Source: a virus (taxonomy: Duplodnaviria > Caudoviricetes). Taken from it: DNA of 58,222 bases. This document shows positions 26,788-36,321 of this stretch, in pieces. The DNA lies in IMG/VR virus record IMGVR_UViG_3300037069_001350, positions 1 through 58,222 of that record. One strand, written 5' to 3'. The notes below the pieces were generated by a model. It was given only the letters and a program-made list of their open reading frames with translations. It ran no database searches and was not told the DNA's origin. The position numbers and the translations under genes were made by a program. Each line of letters starts with the position of its first letter. The stretch's first letter is position 1.

Positions 26788-27816
26788 ATGTCCCACGAGA
26801 TCGAGATTCACGCCGACGGCTCCGCCGCCTTCATCAGCGCCCGCGAGGACGCCTGGCACCGACTCGGCACCGTCGTCCCCAGCGAGTTCACCGCGCAGGA
26901 GGCCCTGCAGGTCGCGAAGCTGGGCGACTGGAAGGTCGAGAAGCTGCCCGTCTACACCCGCGTGCTCACCAGCACCGGCTACGTCGAGGTCGCGCTGCCC
27001 GACACCTACACGACGGGCCGGTTCAACCCGGTCACCGGCGACCAGGAGGTCATCGGTGTCCAGACCGGCAACCACGGCACGGTCGGCAAGGTCTACGACC
27101 CGTTCCAGAACGAGCAGCTGTGCGACTTCATCGACGCCCTCGTCGACGAGTCCGGCGCACACCTGCAGACCGCGGGCTCGCTGCGTAGCGGCGCGGACAT
27201 CTTCGTCACGGCGAAGCTGCCCGAGGACCTGCTGATCGGCGGGGTCGACCCGATCAACCTGAACATCGCGGTGCTGAACAACCACACCGGCAACGCGGCG
27301 ATCCGGGCTCTGATCACCCCGACCCGCATCGTCTGCGCGAACACGCAGGCCGCGGCGCTCCGCAACGCGAAGGCCACCTTCAAGATCAGGCACACGTCCA
27401 CCGCGGCGGGCCGGGTCGAGGAGGCCCGGCAGGCGCTCGGGCTGACCTGGAAGTACGTCGACCAGTTCCAGACCGAGGCGGAGAAGCTGATCGAGAAGTC
27501 GATCACCGACGCGAAGTTCAACGAGATCGTCGGCCAGCTGTGGACGCCGGTCGACGCCGACACGACGGGCCGCGCCCTGACCCTGCAGACGACTCGCAAC
27601 GACGACCTGAACCGCCTGTTCAGCGACGCCGAGACGAACGCGAACATCCGGGGCACGGCATGGGCCGGGTACCAGGCGATCACCGAGTACCTGGACCACT
27701 TCACCCCGGTCCGCGGTCGCGGTGTCGACAAGGACCTCGCTCGCGCCGAGCGCGCCGCGACGGGTGCCTACGACGACGTCAAGTCGAAGGCGTTCAGCCT
27801 GTTCGCCGCGGTCTGA
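26788..27816 (+). CDS. DUF932/DUF945-family phage/plasmid protein
   Basis: AWHRLG, QNEQ, TAGSL..G, NNHTG, TPTRIVCANT, IRHT and GTAWAGYQAITEYLDH motifs; AGGAGG RBS. Confidence 0.88.
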   Translation: MSHEIEIHADGSAAFISAREDAWHRLGTVVPSEFTAQEALQVAKLGDWKVEKLPVYTRVLTSTGYVEVALPDTYTTGRFNPVTGDQEVIGVQTGNHGTVGKVYDPFQNEQLCDFIDALVDESGAHLQTAGSLRSGADIFVTAKLPEDLLIGGVDPINLNIAVLNNHTGNAAIRALITPTRIVCANTQAAALRNAKATFKIRHTSTAAGRVEEARQALGLTWKYVDQFQTEAEKLIEKSITDAKFNEIVGQLWTPVDADTTGRALTLQTTRNDDLNRLFSDAETNANIRGTAWAGYQAITEYLDHFTPVRGRGVDKDLARAERAATGAYDDVKSKAFSLFAAV

Positions 27817-27832
27817 TCAACCGCACCACGGA

Positions 27833-27856
27833 GCCCCCGCCCACTCGGGCGGGGGC
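27833..27856. terminator. GC-rich hairpin terminator between convergent genes
   Basis: GCCCCCGCCC ACTC GGGCGGGGGC. Confidence 0.7.
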
Positions 27857-27884
27857 CTTCGTGCGTTCGAGCCCAGGAAACATC

Positions 27885-27934
27885 GGTGGTCGACAACGGT
27901 GACTCACGTTCGTGAGTCGGCCTAAACGTCCCAC
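27885..27934. other. Candidate attP site
   Basis: GACTCACG-TT-CGTGAGTC dyad in the only intergenic gap next to the integrase; could instead be a terminator hairpin. Confidence 0.4.
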
Positions 27935-29343
27935 ACGGGTACGGGCGTGATCACCGGCTCCCGACCGGCGGTCACCTCGACGTGGCGCAGCAGCTGGCGC
28001 AGCATCTCGCGCCGCCGCTCGACGTCGAGGATGTCCCAGTCGGCCAGCAGGTCAGCTGCGAGCCGCCGTGGTCGGGTGGCGACGCCGTCGGCCTCGGCCT
28101 GCTTCATGCGCCGGGCCAGGATGTCGCGCTGGCCGGTGATCTGGTCGCGGGCGGCTGCGTAGGCGGCGGGCGGCACGAGCCCGGACGTGAGGTGCATGGT
28201 GAGGTCGGCCAGCTGCCGATCGAGCGCGGTGATCTCGCGGGCTAGGTTCTCGGCGTCGATCTTGCGGCGGGCGTTGTGGCTCTCGCGGGCCAGGTCGGCG
28301 TCGGCGTTCGAGGTCACCTCCGCCGCCGCGTCGGTTCGTAGCCAGTCGAGCACGGCGGCTTCGACGGGTGCCATGCCGATGCTCGCGTCGGGGTGCCGGA
28401 CCGGCGCGCTGCAGCGCCAGCGGTTGCGCTTCGAGTCGCACTGCGCCCACATCGGCGCACCGCACCGGCAGACCACCAGGCCCGAGAGCGGGTACGGCGA
28501 CACGTCGCCCCGTCGGCGCTGCCTGCGCGAGTCGCGTGCCGCCTGGTAGCTCACCCACTCCCCTTCGGTGATCACCGGCTCGTGCGCGCCGGGCAGGTGT
28601 TCGCCTTTCACGCAGAGCAGGCCCGCGCCGAACCCGGAGTCGAGCGTGTAGCGCAGCGTCTGCTTCGACCACTGGCCGCGCCAGTCGGCGACGTAGCCGC
28701 GGACCGTCGGCCAGCCGTTCGTGTTCAGCCAGCTAACCAGGGAGTCGATCGACTCGCCCGCGGTGTAGCGGCGGTAGAGGTCGGCGAGCACCGGCCCGGT
28801 CTCCGGGTCGATGGTGAACGGGACGCCGGGCCGGTATCCGAACCGTGGCTTGCCGTGGGCGGGTAGCCCGGCCTTGATCCGGCGGGCCTGCACCTCGCGC
28901 CACACGTCGCCGATCCGGTCGGACTCGAACGCGGCTAGCTCGGCGAGCATCCCGCGGGTGAACCGCCCGGTGGAAGTGGTCGCGTCGACCGATTCGGTCG
29001 CGGATTCGAGTCGCCCCCCTACGCCTTCGATCCGGTCGACGGCGACTGCCCAGTCTTTCCGGTTGCGCGCGACACGCGACCACTTCCACGTCACGATGAC
29101 GTCCGCGCCGCCGGACTCGATCATCTGCACGGCCTGCTCGATCGAGCGGCGCGTCCAGAGACGCCCGGTCATGTCGAGGTCGGTCAGCGTGTCGACGACG
29201 ACGTAGCCGCGGCTGGCGCAGTAGTCGTTGATCGCCGTGCGCTGCAGTTCGGGCGAGATCGAGTCGTCGTGCGTGCGGGACTGTCGGATGTAGGCGACGG
29301 CGCGCAGCGGCGCGTCGGGTACGGATGCGAGGCGGCGGGCCAC
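27922..29343 (-). CDS. int: Large serine integrase
   Basis: YIRQS catalytic Ser, WKWSRVAR, RFGY recombinase domain, LSGLVVCRCGAPM zinc ribbon, coiled coil. Confidence 0.95.
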   Translation of the reverse strand: MARRLASVPDAPLRAVAYIRQSRTHDDSISPELQRTAINDYCASRGYVVVDTLTDLDMTGRLWTRRSIEQAVQMIESGGADVIVTWKWSRVARNRKDWAVAVDRIEGVGGRLESATESVDATTSTGRFTRGMLAELAAFESDRIGDVWREVQARRIKAGLPAHGKPRFGYRPGVPFTIDPETGPVLADLYRRYTAGESIDSLVSWLNTNGWPTVRGYVADWRGQWSKQTLRYTLDSGFGAGLLCVKGEHLPGAHEPVITEGEWVSYQAARDSRRQRRRGDVSPYPLSGLVVCRCGAPMWAQCDSKRNRWRCSAPVRHPDASIGMAPVEAAVLDWLRTDAAAEVTSNADADLARESHNARRKIDAENLAREITALDRQLADLTMHLTSGLVPPAAYAAARDQITGQRDILARRMKQAEADGVATRPRRLAADLLADWDILDVERRREMLRQLLRHVEVTAGREPVITPVPVWDV

Positions 29344-29344
29344 G

Positions 29345-29866
29345 TCAGCCGATGATCCGGGCCTTCGCCGCGGTGAACTCCGCGTCCGTGAGCGCGCCTG
29401 CGGCGTGCAGACCGGCGAGGTGGGCCAGTTGGTCCCCGACGTCGGTCTGGGGCGCTACGGGCTGCGACGCGACCGGCGCGGGCCGGTCATCATGGAACAC
29501 CGCCTTGTGTTCCTGCATCCACGGACCGATCTTGCCGCGGACCCGCATGGGGTCGACGCGGTCCACCTCGAACACGACCTGCTCGGCCTTGTCGGTGTGC
29601 ACGATGACGTACGTGCGGGACTCGGTGGCCTTCGTGGCGAGCGCGCCCACCCCAAGCATCACCGCGGCCCCGGCGCGGGACTTCGCGACGTCGCCGCCGA
29701 CCACCTCGATCGACATGATCCGCTCGATGTCGACGCCGACCTTCATCTTGCGGAACCCGGTGATGCCGACGGCGTCGTCGGTGAACCGCAGGTTGCCGCC
29801 GATCTTCTTCGTCACGCCCGGCGCTCCGCCGAGGTAGGTGCCGAAGGTGAAGCTGACTTCGTTCAT
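29345..29866 (-). CDS. SHOCT-domain protein
   Basis: C-terminal LAHLAGLHAAGALTDAEFTAAKARI. Confidence 0.8.
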   Translation of the reverse strand: MNEVSFTFGTYLGGAPGVTKKIGGNLRFTDDAVGITGFRKMKVGVDIERIMSIEVVGGDVAKSRAGAAVMLGVGALATKATESRTYVIVHTDKAEQVVFEVDRVDPMRVRGKIGPWMQEHKAVFHDDRPAPVASQPVAPQTDVGDQLAHLAGLHAAGALTDAEFTAAKARIIG

Positions 29867-30351
29867 GCCTGTCTCCGGTGTGGAAGGGTCCGGCCTGGTG
29901 TGCAGCCTGCGCCGGACCGGGCCAGCTTGCGGTTGTGGCGCAGCGCCGCGCCGAGTTCGGCAACCTCGTCGTCGGTGAGGCAGTCGATCCTGTCTACAAG
30001 TACACCGCGCGCTACACCCAGAGTGTCGGCAGCGTCGAGGATGTCGAGGTCGTGCAGCGCGCGGCCCATCGCGGCGACGTCGGGCAGCATGAATCGGGCG
30101 GTCGCGTGCCGGACGACCAGTTCGTCGGCGGGGTTGCTCCCGAGCCGCAGGTCGATGTGCATGAGTTCGTGGGCGAGGGTGCAGCGTCGCTGCGGTCGGC
30201 CCAGGTCGTAGGCGAGGTAGATGATCGTTTCGTCGCCGTACCAGACGGTCTGTCCCCATCGGTCGTCGAGGTCGGACCGGAAGCGGACCTTGACGTTGGG
30301 GTGCCGGTCAGCCAGGAAGGCCCAGGGGTCGGCCTCGTACTTGCGGTACAC
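29863..30351 (-). CDS. ImmA/IrrE-family metallopeptidase (anti-repressor)
   Basis: RRCTLAHELMH HExxH motif; lies between repressor and integrase. Confidence 0.88.
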   Translation of the reverse strand: MYRKYEADPWAFLADRHPNVKVRFRSDLDDRWGQTVWYGDETIIYLAYDLGRPQRRCTLAHELMHIDLRLGSNPADELVVRHATARFMLPDVAAMGRALHDLDILDAADTLGVARGVLVDRIDCLTDDEVAELGAALRHNRKLARSGAGCTPGRTLPHRRQA

Positions 30352-30462
30352 CCATGCCGTCCTTCGTGTGAATGTTGCGTGAGGGGTGGATGCACCCTAG
30401 TGAGCGGACGGTGTACGGGACAAGCGTCGTTTCATGGGCAATCTTCCCGAAGTCTCAGTGGA

Positions 30463-30846
30463 TCAACGACGACGTTCGGACTTCGGCGGGGCCGAGGCTG
30501 CTACGGCGAGTCGCCGGGTGGCCGAGGCGGTCAGGCCGAGGCGTCGCGCGAGTTCGGCGACCAGCACCTCGTCGCTGAGTTGATCCGGGCTCGGCGCGGT
30601 CACGTTGCCGACCGGCACGCCGAAGGCGGCAGCCGCGGCCCGGTAGATCAGCGCGTCGTCCATGCGGAATGCCCAGGCGAGCGCGCGCAGCGTGTCACGT
30701 TTCGGCATGGCGTCGATGTACTCGCGGTCATCACTGAGTAGCTGGGACACCAGCTGGGGCGAAAGGTTCGCCGCTTTCGCCAGGTCGGCGGGCCTCCACC
30801 CGCGTTGATCCATCTCGTCCGTGATCAGTCGTCGCAATGCGTGCAA
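30463..30846 (-). CDS. Immunity repressor (XRE HTH)
   Basis: RGWRPADLAKAANLSPQLVSQLL HTH; GGGGGAG RBS before TTG 30846; divergent from cro. Confidence 0.85.
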   Translation of the reverse strand: MHALRRLITDEMDQRGWRPADLAKAANLSPQLVSQLLSDDREYIDAMPKRDTLRALAWAFRMDDALIYRAAAAAFGVPVGNVTAPSPDQLSDEVLVAELARRLGLTASATRRLAVAASAPPKSERRR

Positions 30847-30920
30847 TGTAGCTCCCCCGAAGGCTGGTCTGCTGTTAGCCAGCCTCCCATGTAAATGCGC
30901 CGCGGCCCCACCCGCGCTGA

Positions 30921-30935
30921 TTGACGTGCTGTCAA
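30921..30935. promoter_or_regulatory. Operator TTGAC-N5-GTCAA
   Basis: TTGAC GTGCT GTCAA in the repressor/cro intergenic region. Confidence 0.75.
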
Positions 30936-31020
30936 GCGGAAGGTAACAGCGCCCGTCCCAAATGTCCAAATATTCACGCCCAGTGACGAGGTGTGACTCG
31001 GCGTAGCAGTAACTACACGC

Positions 31021-31048
31021 TTGACATCTCGTCAAGTCGCATTAGAGT
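31021..31048 (+). promoter_or_regulatory. Early rightward promoter with overlapping operator
   Basis: TTGACA-N16-TAGAGT containing TTGAC ATCTC GTCAA. Confidence 0.75.
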
Positions 31049-31085
31049 CGGTGTTGCCAGTCACACGAACCCCCGAGGAGTACCG

Positions 31086-31322
31086 ATGCGGTTACGCAGC
31101 CCCGAAACGCTGGCCCGGCACATGGCCGAGGCCGACTGTTCGCAGGCCCGTCTCGCACGCGGAGCGAAGTGTTCGAGGCAGTTCGTGCACCAGCTGGTGA
31201 AGGGTCACGCGGGCGGCTGCAGCGTCGAAACTGCCCGCTCGATCGAAGGACTGCTCGGCGTCGCCCCCGGCACCTTGTTCGTGCCCGGAGAGTCGCCCGC
31301 CGATGGATCGACCGTCGCATGA
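31086..31322 (+). CDS. Cro-like HTH protein
   Basis: SQARLARGAKCSRQFVHQLVKG; GAGGAG RBS. Confidence 0.85.
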   Translation: MRLRSPETLARHMAEADCSQARLARGAKCSRQFVHQLVKGHAGGCSVETARSIEGLLGVAPGTLFVPGESPADGSTVA

Positions 31323-31513
31323 CGGGCGTCGATCGGGCGTCCGCCCTCGCTGCCGCCGGTACGTGTCTCGCTGACGCGACCCGGCAGCTGTTCGACCTGC
31401 CCGTGGCCGAGGCCGCGCGGCGGGCCTACACCCCGACCGGCCCGTCGCTGGCCGAGTTGGAGGCACGCATCCGTGCGCGCCGCGCAGGCAACGGCAAGCC
31501 CGTCGCTGCCTGA
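31319..31513 (+). CDS. Hypothetical protein
   Basis: ATGA overlap; EAARRAYTPTGPS. Confidence 0.6.
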   Translation: MTGVDRASALAAAGTCLADATRQLFDLPVAEAARRAYTPTGPSLAELEARIRARRAGNGKPVAA

Positions 31514-31543
31514 CCAATCCCCTACCGACCACGAAAGGTCGCC

Positions 31544-31969
31544 ATGCTCGATCCGAACGAACCGCTGGACGCGGCACAGACCGCACTGCTCGCCGACGGT
31601 GTCCGTGACGCCGTCGCCCTGATCCGGGCCAGTCTGGTCCAGGACTTCGCCGCCACGAAGGCGATCATCAACGCCCAGGGCAACGAGGACGGCGAGCGGG
31701 ACGGCAAGACCTACGCCGCACTGCTGCTCGGCGTCATCAGCGTCGCCTCGTCGGCCCTGATGACCGTGGCCGCGAACCTCGAAGTGAACCCGCTGGACGT
31801 CCTCGACGCCTTCCGTGAGGGCTACGAGCAGATGATCCAGCAGCACCAGTCCGGCGCGGTGTCGACCCCGACCATCAACCTCGACCTGCCCGAAGGGGCG
31901 GACGGGGTCGAGGAGTGGCTGCGCCGCAACTTCACGCCCGACCCGGAACCGGAGGCCCCCAGTGAGTGA
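31544..31969 (+). CDS. Hypothetical protein
   Basis: GAAAGG RBS. Confidence 0.65.
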   Translation: MLDPNEPLDAAQTALLADGVRDAVALIRASLVQDFAATKAIINAQGNEDGERDGKTYAALLLGVISVASSALMTVAANLEVNPLDVLDAFREGYEQMIQQHQSGAVSTPTINLDLPEGADGVEEWLRRNFTPDPEPEAPSE

Positions 31970-32711
31970 GCTGATCCAGACGCCGATCTTCGCGGTCGAA
32001 CTTCCGCAGTCCGGCGAGATCGACAAGATCATCCCGGCGTTGATCGCCGCGCAGGACAAGTTCACCCCGGCGGTCGCCGACGTGCTGAACCCGCACTTCA
32101 ACCACAAGTATGTCGACCTGTCCGGCGTGCTTGCCGCGGTCGGCGGCGCGCTGCGCGATCACAACATCGCGATCGTCCAGCAGCCGATCCTCGTCGACAG
32201 CAAGGTGGTCCTGCTGACCCGCCTGGTGCACGAGTCGGGCCAGTGGCTCGGCGCGCTGTACCCGGTGAACCCGGTCAAGCAGGACCCGCAGGGGCTCGGC
32301 GCTGCGCTCACCTACGCGCGGCGCTACTCCCTCATGGCGATCGTCGGCATCGCACCCGAGGACGACGACGGCAACTACGCCAGCGGGCGCAGCCAGGACG
32401 AGCGCCCGCAGGGTCGCCAGCAGCGCCAGCAGTCACAGGAGGAGCCGCCGCCCGCGCCGCCGTCCGACGGTGAGCAGGCCGCGGCCCGCGCCGCCTACGA
32501 CCAGTACGCGGCCCGGCTGCGTGACGCGAAGTCGACGGAGGAGTGCACCGCGATCGGCTCCGAGATCGCCGGTGACCGCCGCCTGCCGCGGGAGGCGTCG
32601 ACCCAGTTGAAGGGTCTGTTCGACGCGCGCATGAGGGCGCTCACGGCACCGGCGGACCCGCCCGCGGAGCCCCCGGCCAACGGCAAGGCGAACGGGAGGG
32701 CGAAGGCGTGA
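31962..32711 (+). CDS. ERF-family single-strand annealing protein
   Basis: NPHFNHKY, TRLVHESGQW, PQGLGAALTYARRYSL...EDDDG. Confidence 0.92.
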   Translation: MSELIQTPIFAVELPQSGEIDKIIPALIAAQDKFTPAVADVLNPHFNHKYVDLSGVLAAVGGALRDHNIAIVQQPILVDSKVVLLTRLVHESGQWLGALYPVNPVKQDPQGLGAALTYARRYSLMAIVGIAPEDDDGNYASGRSQDERPQGRQQRQQSQEEPPPAPPSDGEQAAARAAYDQYAARLRDAKSTEECTAIGSEIAGDRRLPREASTQLKGLFDARMRALTAPADPPAEPPANGKANGRAKA

Positions 32712-32965
32712 TCATCCCGAACACCCGCGTCTACTCGTCGCCCCGCGCAACGGTCGCGCACCTGCTGCCCGAGGACGTGTCGCCGAACAGCAACTTCCCC
32801 GCCGCGTGCGGCGGTACGCCCCGCGGCCCGTACTGGTACGGAACCGGGAACTGGGACGAGCACCAGCACGCCCAGGACCTGATCTTGTGCCTGCGCTGCG
32901 CCGCCGCGCTCGGGCTCGGGCGTGACGGCTTCCCGAAGTCCCGGCTGTCCCGGTGGGCAGCCTGA
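32708..32965 (+). CDS. Small Cys-containing protein
   Basis: H...ACG...CLRC; GTGA overlap. Confidence 0.55.
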   Translation: MIIPNTRVYSSPRATVAHLLPEDVSPNSNFPAACGGTPRGPYWYGTGNWDEHQHAQDLILCLRCAAALGLGRDGFPKSRLSRWAA

Positions 32966-33077
32966 TGTGGCCGTCGTGCCCGCAGCACGGCGGGAAGCTG
33001 CGCCGGTTCTGCACCGTCCGCGGGGTGCTCTGGCACTACTGCACCGGCGCGGGCTGGCACGCCCCGAGGGGGCTCGC

Positions 33078-33995
33078 GTGACGGCGCTCGACCGGGTCAC
33101 CCCCGGCGACCTGTCCCCGTGGCGCACCGGCGTCATCACCGGCTCGCGCATCGCGAAGGTGCTCGACTGCTCGACGTTCGGCGGGCCGGACGACGTGCTG
33201 CGCGAGATGGTGCGCGAGCACTTCGGTGCCGAGCCCGAGTTCACCGGCAACATGATCACCGACTTCGGCCAGGAGCACGAGCCTGCCGCGATCAAGCTGT
33301 ACGAGCGCGAGACCGGCTACTGGACCTACGCCACCGGCGAGGACCAGCGGTTCATCCCGCACCCGACGATCCACTGGCTCGGCGTCACGCCGGACGGCCT
33401 GATCGGCGGCGACGGCATGGTCGAGGTGAAGGTGCCGTGGCGGGCGAAGTACGTGCACATCTCGCAGCGGCCCGGCTACGAGGTGCAGATCAGGCTGCAG
33501 CTGGAATGCGCGCAGCGCGAGTGGTGCGACTTCGCCGTCTACCGCCCCGACCTGCCGCCCGAGAGTCAGCTGTGGCTCTCGCAGGTTCAGCATGACCCGG
33601 CCTGGCTGCCGTCGGTGATGCCGAAGCTGCAGGCGTTCATGGACCGCTACCACGCGATCATCGCCGACGAGGCGAAGGCGCAGCCGTACCTCGAACCGCT
33701 GCAGGACGTCCGCGACGATATCGAGTGGATCGAGGCCGCGGCCACCTACCAGGAAGCCCTCGCGACCCTCCGCGCCGCCGAGGCCGACCTGGTCGAGCCG
33801 AGGCAGCGGCTGATCGACCTGTCGAACGGCAAGACCTCGGTCGGCTTCGGCATCCGGGTGCAGCACTCGGAGCGCAAGGGCTCGATCGACTACAAGGCCC
33901 TCTCGGCGAAGCACGCACCCGATGCCGACCCCGAGGACTTCCGCAAGGACCCGACGCCCGTCGTGTCCGTCAACCTCACCGGAGGACGCAAGTGA
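33078..33995 (+). CDS. YqaJ/lambda-exonuclease family recombination nuclease
   Basis: WRTGVITGS, FGQEHEP, GVTPDG, VEVKVP and Y..QI..QL motifs. Confidence 0.9.
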   Translation: MTALDRVTPGDLSPWRTGVITGSRIAKVLDCSTFGGPDDVLREMVREHFGAEPEFTGNMITDFGQEHEPAAIKLYERETGYWTYATGEDQRFIPHPTIHWLGVTPDGLIGGDGMVEVKVPWRAKYVHISQRPGYEVQIRLQLECAQREWCDFAVYRPDLPPESQLWLSQVQHDPAWLPSVMPKLQAFMDRYHAIIADEAKAQPYLEPLQDVRDDIEWIEAAATYQEALATLRAAEADLVEPRQRLIDLSNGKTSVGFGIRVQHSERKGSIDYKALSAKHAPDADPEDFRKDPTPVVSVNLTGGRK

Positions 33996-34363
33996 CCGAA
34001 ACGATCAACGACGAGGTGCGGGGCGGCGACGTCACCAGCGACGGCACGCCGCACCTGTTCTTCCTGCAGCAGCCGCACCCGGACGACTGCCGCCACCAGG
34101 GCCTCACCGATGCCCAGGTGACACTCGGCAAGGTGTTCGCCAACGTCCAGCCCGTCGACCGCGGCAACATGGTCTCGTGGCTGGACATCTGGTCGACCAC
34201 CGAGCGCGCGACCGGCAAGCAGACCGCCGTCGTGGTGCTGCGCCAGGCGATCAGCGACGACGACGGCTACGTCCAGTCCGAGCGCGTCCGCCCGATCGCC
34301 GTGATGCTCGACCCGGACGACAACAACGTCGACCGCTTCGACCTCGACCGCGGGCAGGGCTGA
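33992..34363 (+). CDS. Hypothetical protein
   Basis: GGAGG RBS; GTGA overlap. Confidence 0.6.
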   Translation: MTETINDEVRGGDVTSDGTPHLFFLQQPHPDDCRHQGLTDAQVTLGKVFANVQPVDRGNMVSWLDIWSTTERATGKQTAVVVLRQAISDDDGYVQSERVRPIAVMLDPDDNNVDRFDLDRGQG

Positions 34364-34364
34364 C

Positions 34365-34865
34365 ATGGCAGGCGAAACGATCATCACCGTCGTCGGCAAC
34401 CTGACCGCCGACCCGGAACTGCGGTTCACCCCGAACGGGGCCGCGGTCGCCAACTTCACCATCGCTGCGACGCCGCGGACCTTCGACCGCACGTCGAACG
34501 AGTGGAAGGACGGCGAGGCGCTGTTCCTGCGCTGCTCGCTCTGGAAGCAGGCCGGGGAGAACGTCGCCGAGTCGCTGACCCGCGGCACCCGCGTCATCGC
34601 GCAGGGCCGGTTGAAGCAGCGCAGCTACGAGACTCGCGAGGGCGAGAAGCGCACCGTCATCGAACTCGAAGTCGACGAGATCGGCCCGTCGTTGAAGTAC
34701 GCGACGGCGAAGGTCATGCGCGCCCAGAGGTTCGGCGCGTCCGGCGGCGGCTCGCAGCAGCAGTCGTCGTCGAGCCAGTCGAGCGGCGGCAACGACGACC
34801 CGTGGGGTACGCCCGCGCCGTCCGGCGGCTGGGGCTCCGCCCCCTCGGACGAACCGCCGTTCTAG
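34365..34865 (+). CDS. ssb: Single-stranded DNA-binding protein, actinobacterial type
   Basis: [27 protein letters not shown]-terminus; DEPPF C-terminus. Confidence 0.97.
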   Translation: MAGETIITVVGNLTADPELRFTPNGAAVANFTIAATPRTFDRTSNEWKDGEALFLRCSLWKQAGENVAESLTRGTRVIAQGRLKQRSYETREGEKRTVIELEVDEIGPSLKYATAKVMRAQRFGASGGGSQQQSSSSQSSGGNDDPWGTPAPSGGWGSAPSDEPPF

Positions 34866-34871
34866 TGAGCC

Positions 34872-34909
34872 GGGGCGACGCCGGGTAGTAGGGGGCTCGG
34901 CGTCGCCCC
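34872..34909 (+). terminator. Hairpin after ssb
   Basis: GGGGCGACGCCG ... CGGCGTCGCCCC. Confidence 0.6.
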
Positions 34910-34934
34910 TCCCCCTTCATCGAGACAGGACAGA

Positions 34935-35333
34935 GTGATGACCGAAACGACGACCGCCGAGGGCGCGGCACCGCACACCCCGATCGAGGTGGAACGGATG
35001 CTGGCCGACGTCACGGCGAAGATGCAGCAGCTGCGCGACGATCTCGCCGCGGCCCGCATCGCCGAGCGTGACGCGAAGCGGGCGCACGAGATCGCGAAGG
35101 TGCACGCCGCCGCGGACCCGTGGTGCCCGAAGGTCGAGCGCGGCGGTGCGACCGTCGGCGAGCGGCAGGCATGGATCGACGAGCGCGTGCTCGACGAACT
35201 GCTCGCACTGCAGGACGCGACCACGCTGCGCCAGATCGCCTCCGAGGCGCTGCACTCGGTGCACAAGGAACTGGAAGCACTGCAGTCGATCGGGGCCTCT
35301 GTGCGGGCCTCGTACCGCTCGCCGTACTCGTGA
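34935..35333 (+). CDS. Coiled-coil hypothetical protein
   Basis: AGGA RBS; LEALQSIGASVRASY C-terminus. Confidence 0.65.
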   Translation: MMTETTTAEGAAPHTPIEVERMLADVTAKMQQLRDDLAAARIAERDAKRAHEIAKVHAAADPWCPKVERGGATVGERQAWIDERVLDELLALQDATTLRQIASEALHSVHKELEALQSIGASVRASYRSPYS

Positions 35334-35351
35334 GAACTTCGTATGCACAAA

Positions 35352-35372
35352 GAGTCGCATGACATGCGACTC
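35352..35372. promoter_or_regulatory. Perfect palindrome, putative protein-binding site
   Basis: GAGTCGCATG-A-CATGCGACTC in an AT-richer intergenic gap. Confidence 0.5.
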
Positions 35373-35413
35373 CCGATCTAACATCACTTGACAGAGTGAG
35401 TGGAGTCGAGTCC

Positions 35414-35776
35414 ATGAAGCGCACCGAACTGGCGCGGCGCACGCCGCTGCCGCCCCGTCGCGCCCGGCTGACCGCGACCACCTCGCCGCACCGCACGACC
35501 CGGATCAACCCGGTGTCGGCGAAGCGGCAGGCCGCGAACCGGGTGCGGGCGAAGCGGGTGGCGGAGATGCGCGCCGAGGACCCGCGGTGCGCGATGTGCG
35601 GGCGCGATGACGTCATCACCCACGGGCACGAGCGGCTGGCCCGCTCCCAGGGTGGCGACATCACGAACCCCGACTGCCTGCTCTGCAACCGCTGCAACAC
35701 ATGGTGCGAGGACAACCCTCGCGAGGCAGCCCGACTGGGCTGGAAGATCAGCAGGAAGTGGGACCAGGGTGAGTAG
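35414..35776 (+). CDS. HNH endonuclease
   Basis: CAMC...HERLARSQGG...LCNRCN. Confidence 0.8.
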   Translation: MKRTELARRTPLPPRRARLTATTSPHRTTRINPVSAKRQAANRVRAKRVAEMRAEDPRCAMCGRDDVITHGHERLARSQGGDITNPDCLLCNRCNTWCEDNPREAARLGWKISRKWDQGE

Positions 35777-36317
35777 TTGGCAGGAGCAGTCGGCGTGCAA
35801 GACCGCCGACCCGGCGCTGTTCGCGTCGCAGGGATTCTTCGAGAAGCAGACCGACCTGAGCGATCGGGTCATGTACGCCACCGCCCACTACTGCGACCGC
35901 TGCCCGGTGCAGCGCGCGTGCCGCCAGTGGGCCGAGAACAACCACGCCGAGGGCGTGTGGGGCGGTGAACTGTTCCTGCCCACGCCGAGGCCGCGTGACC
36001 GCAAGGGGCAGCCGTGCGGCACCGAGGCGGGCTACCGCCGCCACGTCCTGAACGAGAAGTCGATCCCCTGCGTCGACTGCGTGGCCGCGCACGAGGAGGC
36101 GAACCTGGTCGGCAAGGGGTTGAAGCCCTGCGGCACGCTCGCCGCCTACCGCCGCCACAACCGCCACCACGAGGAGCCGTGCGGGCCGTGCAAGCGCGCC
36201 CACGCCGACTCCGTGCGCGAGCGCATCGCCCGCAACGGGCGCAAGCCGCGCAAGTACGCCGAGGAGAAGGCTCGCCGCTTCGAGCGGCAGCGTCTCGCCG
36301 CCAGTTCGGCTGCGTGA
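35769..36317 (+). CDS. WhiB-family regulator with two extra CGT..Y.RH..C..C repeats
   Basis: WQEQSAC...DPALF...CDRCPVQRAC...GVWGG. Confidence 0.85.
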   Translation: MSSWQEQSACKTADPALFASQGFFEKQTDLSDRVMYATAHYCDRCPVQRACRQWAENNHAEGVWGGELFLPTPRPRDRKGQPCGTEAGYRRHVLNEKSIPCVDCVAAHEEANLVGKGLKPCGTLAAYRRHNRHHEEPCGPCKRAHADSVRERIARNGRKPRKYAEEKARRFERQRLAASSAA

Positions 36318-36321
36318 CCTC

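Noticed and set aside
30847-31085. Extended N-termini of repressor (from 31035) and Cro (from 30993) in the ORF track
   Set aside because: They run through the promoter-operator region; RBS-supported starts are 30846 and 31086
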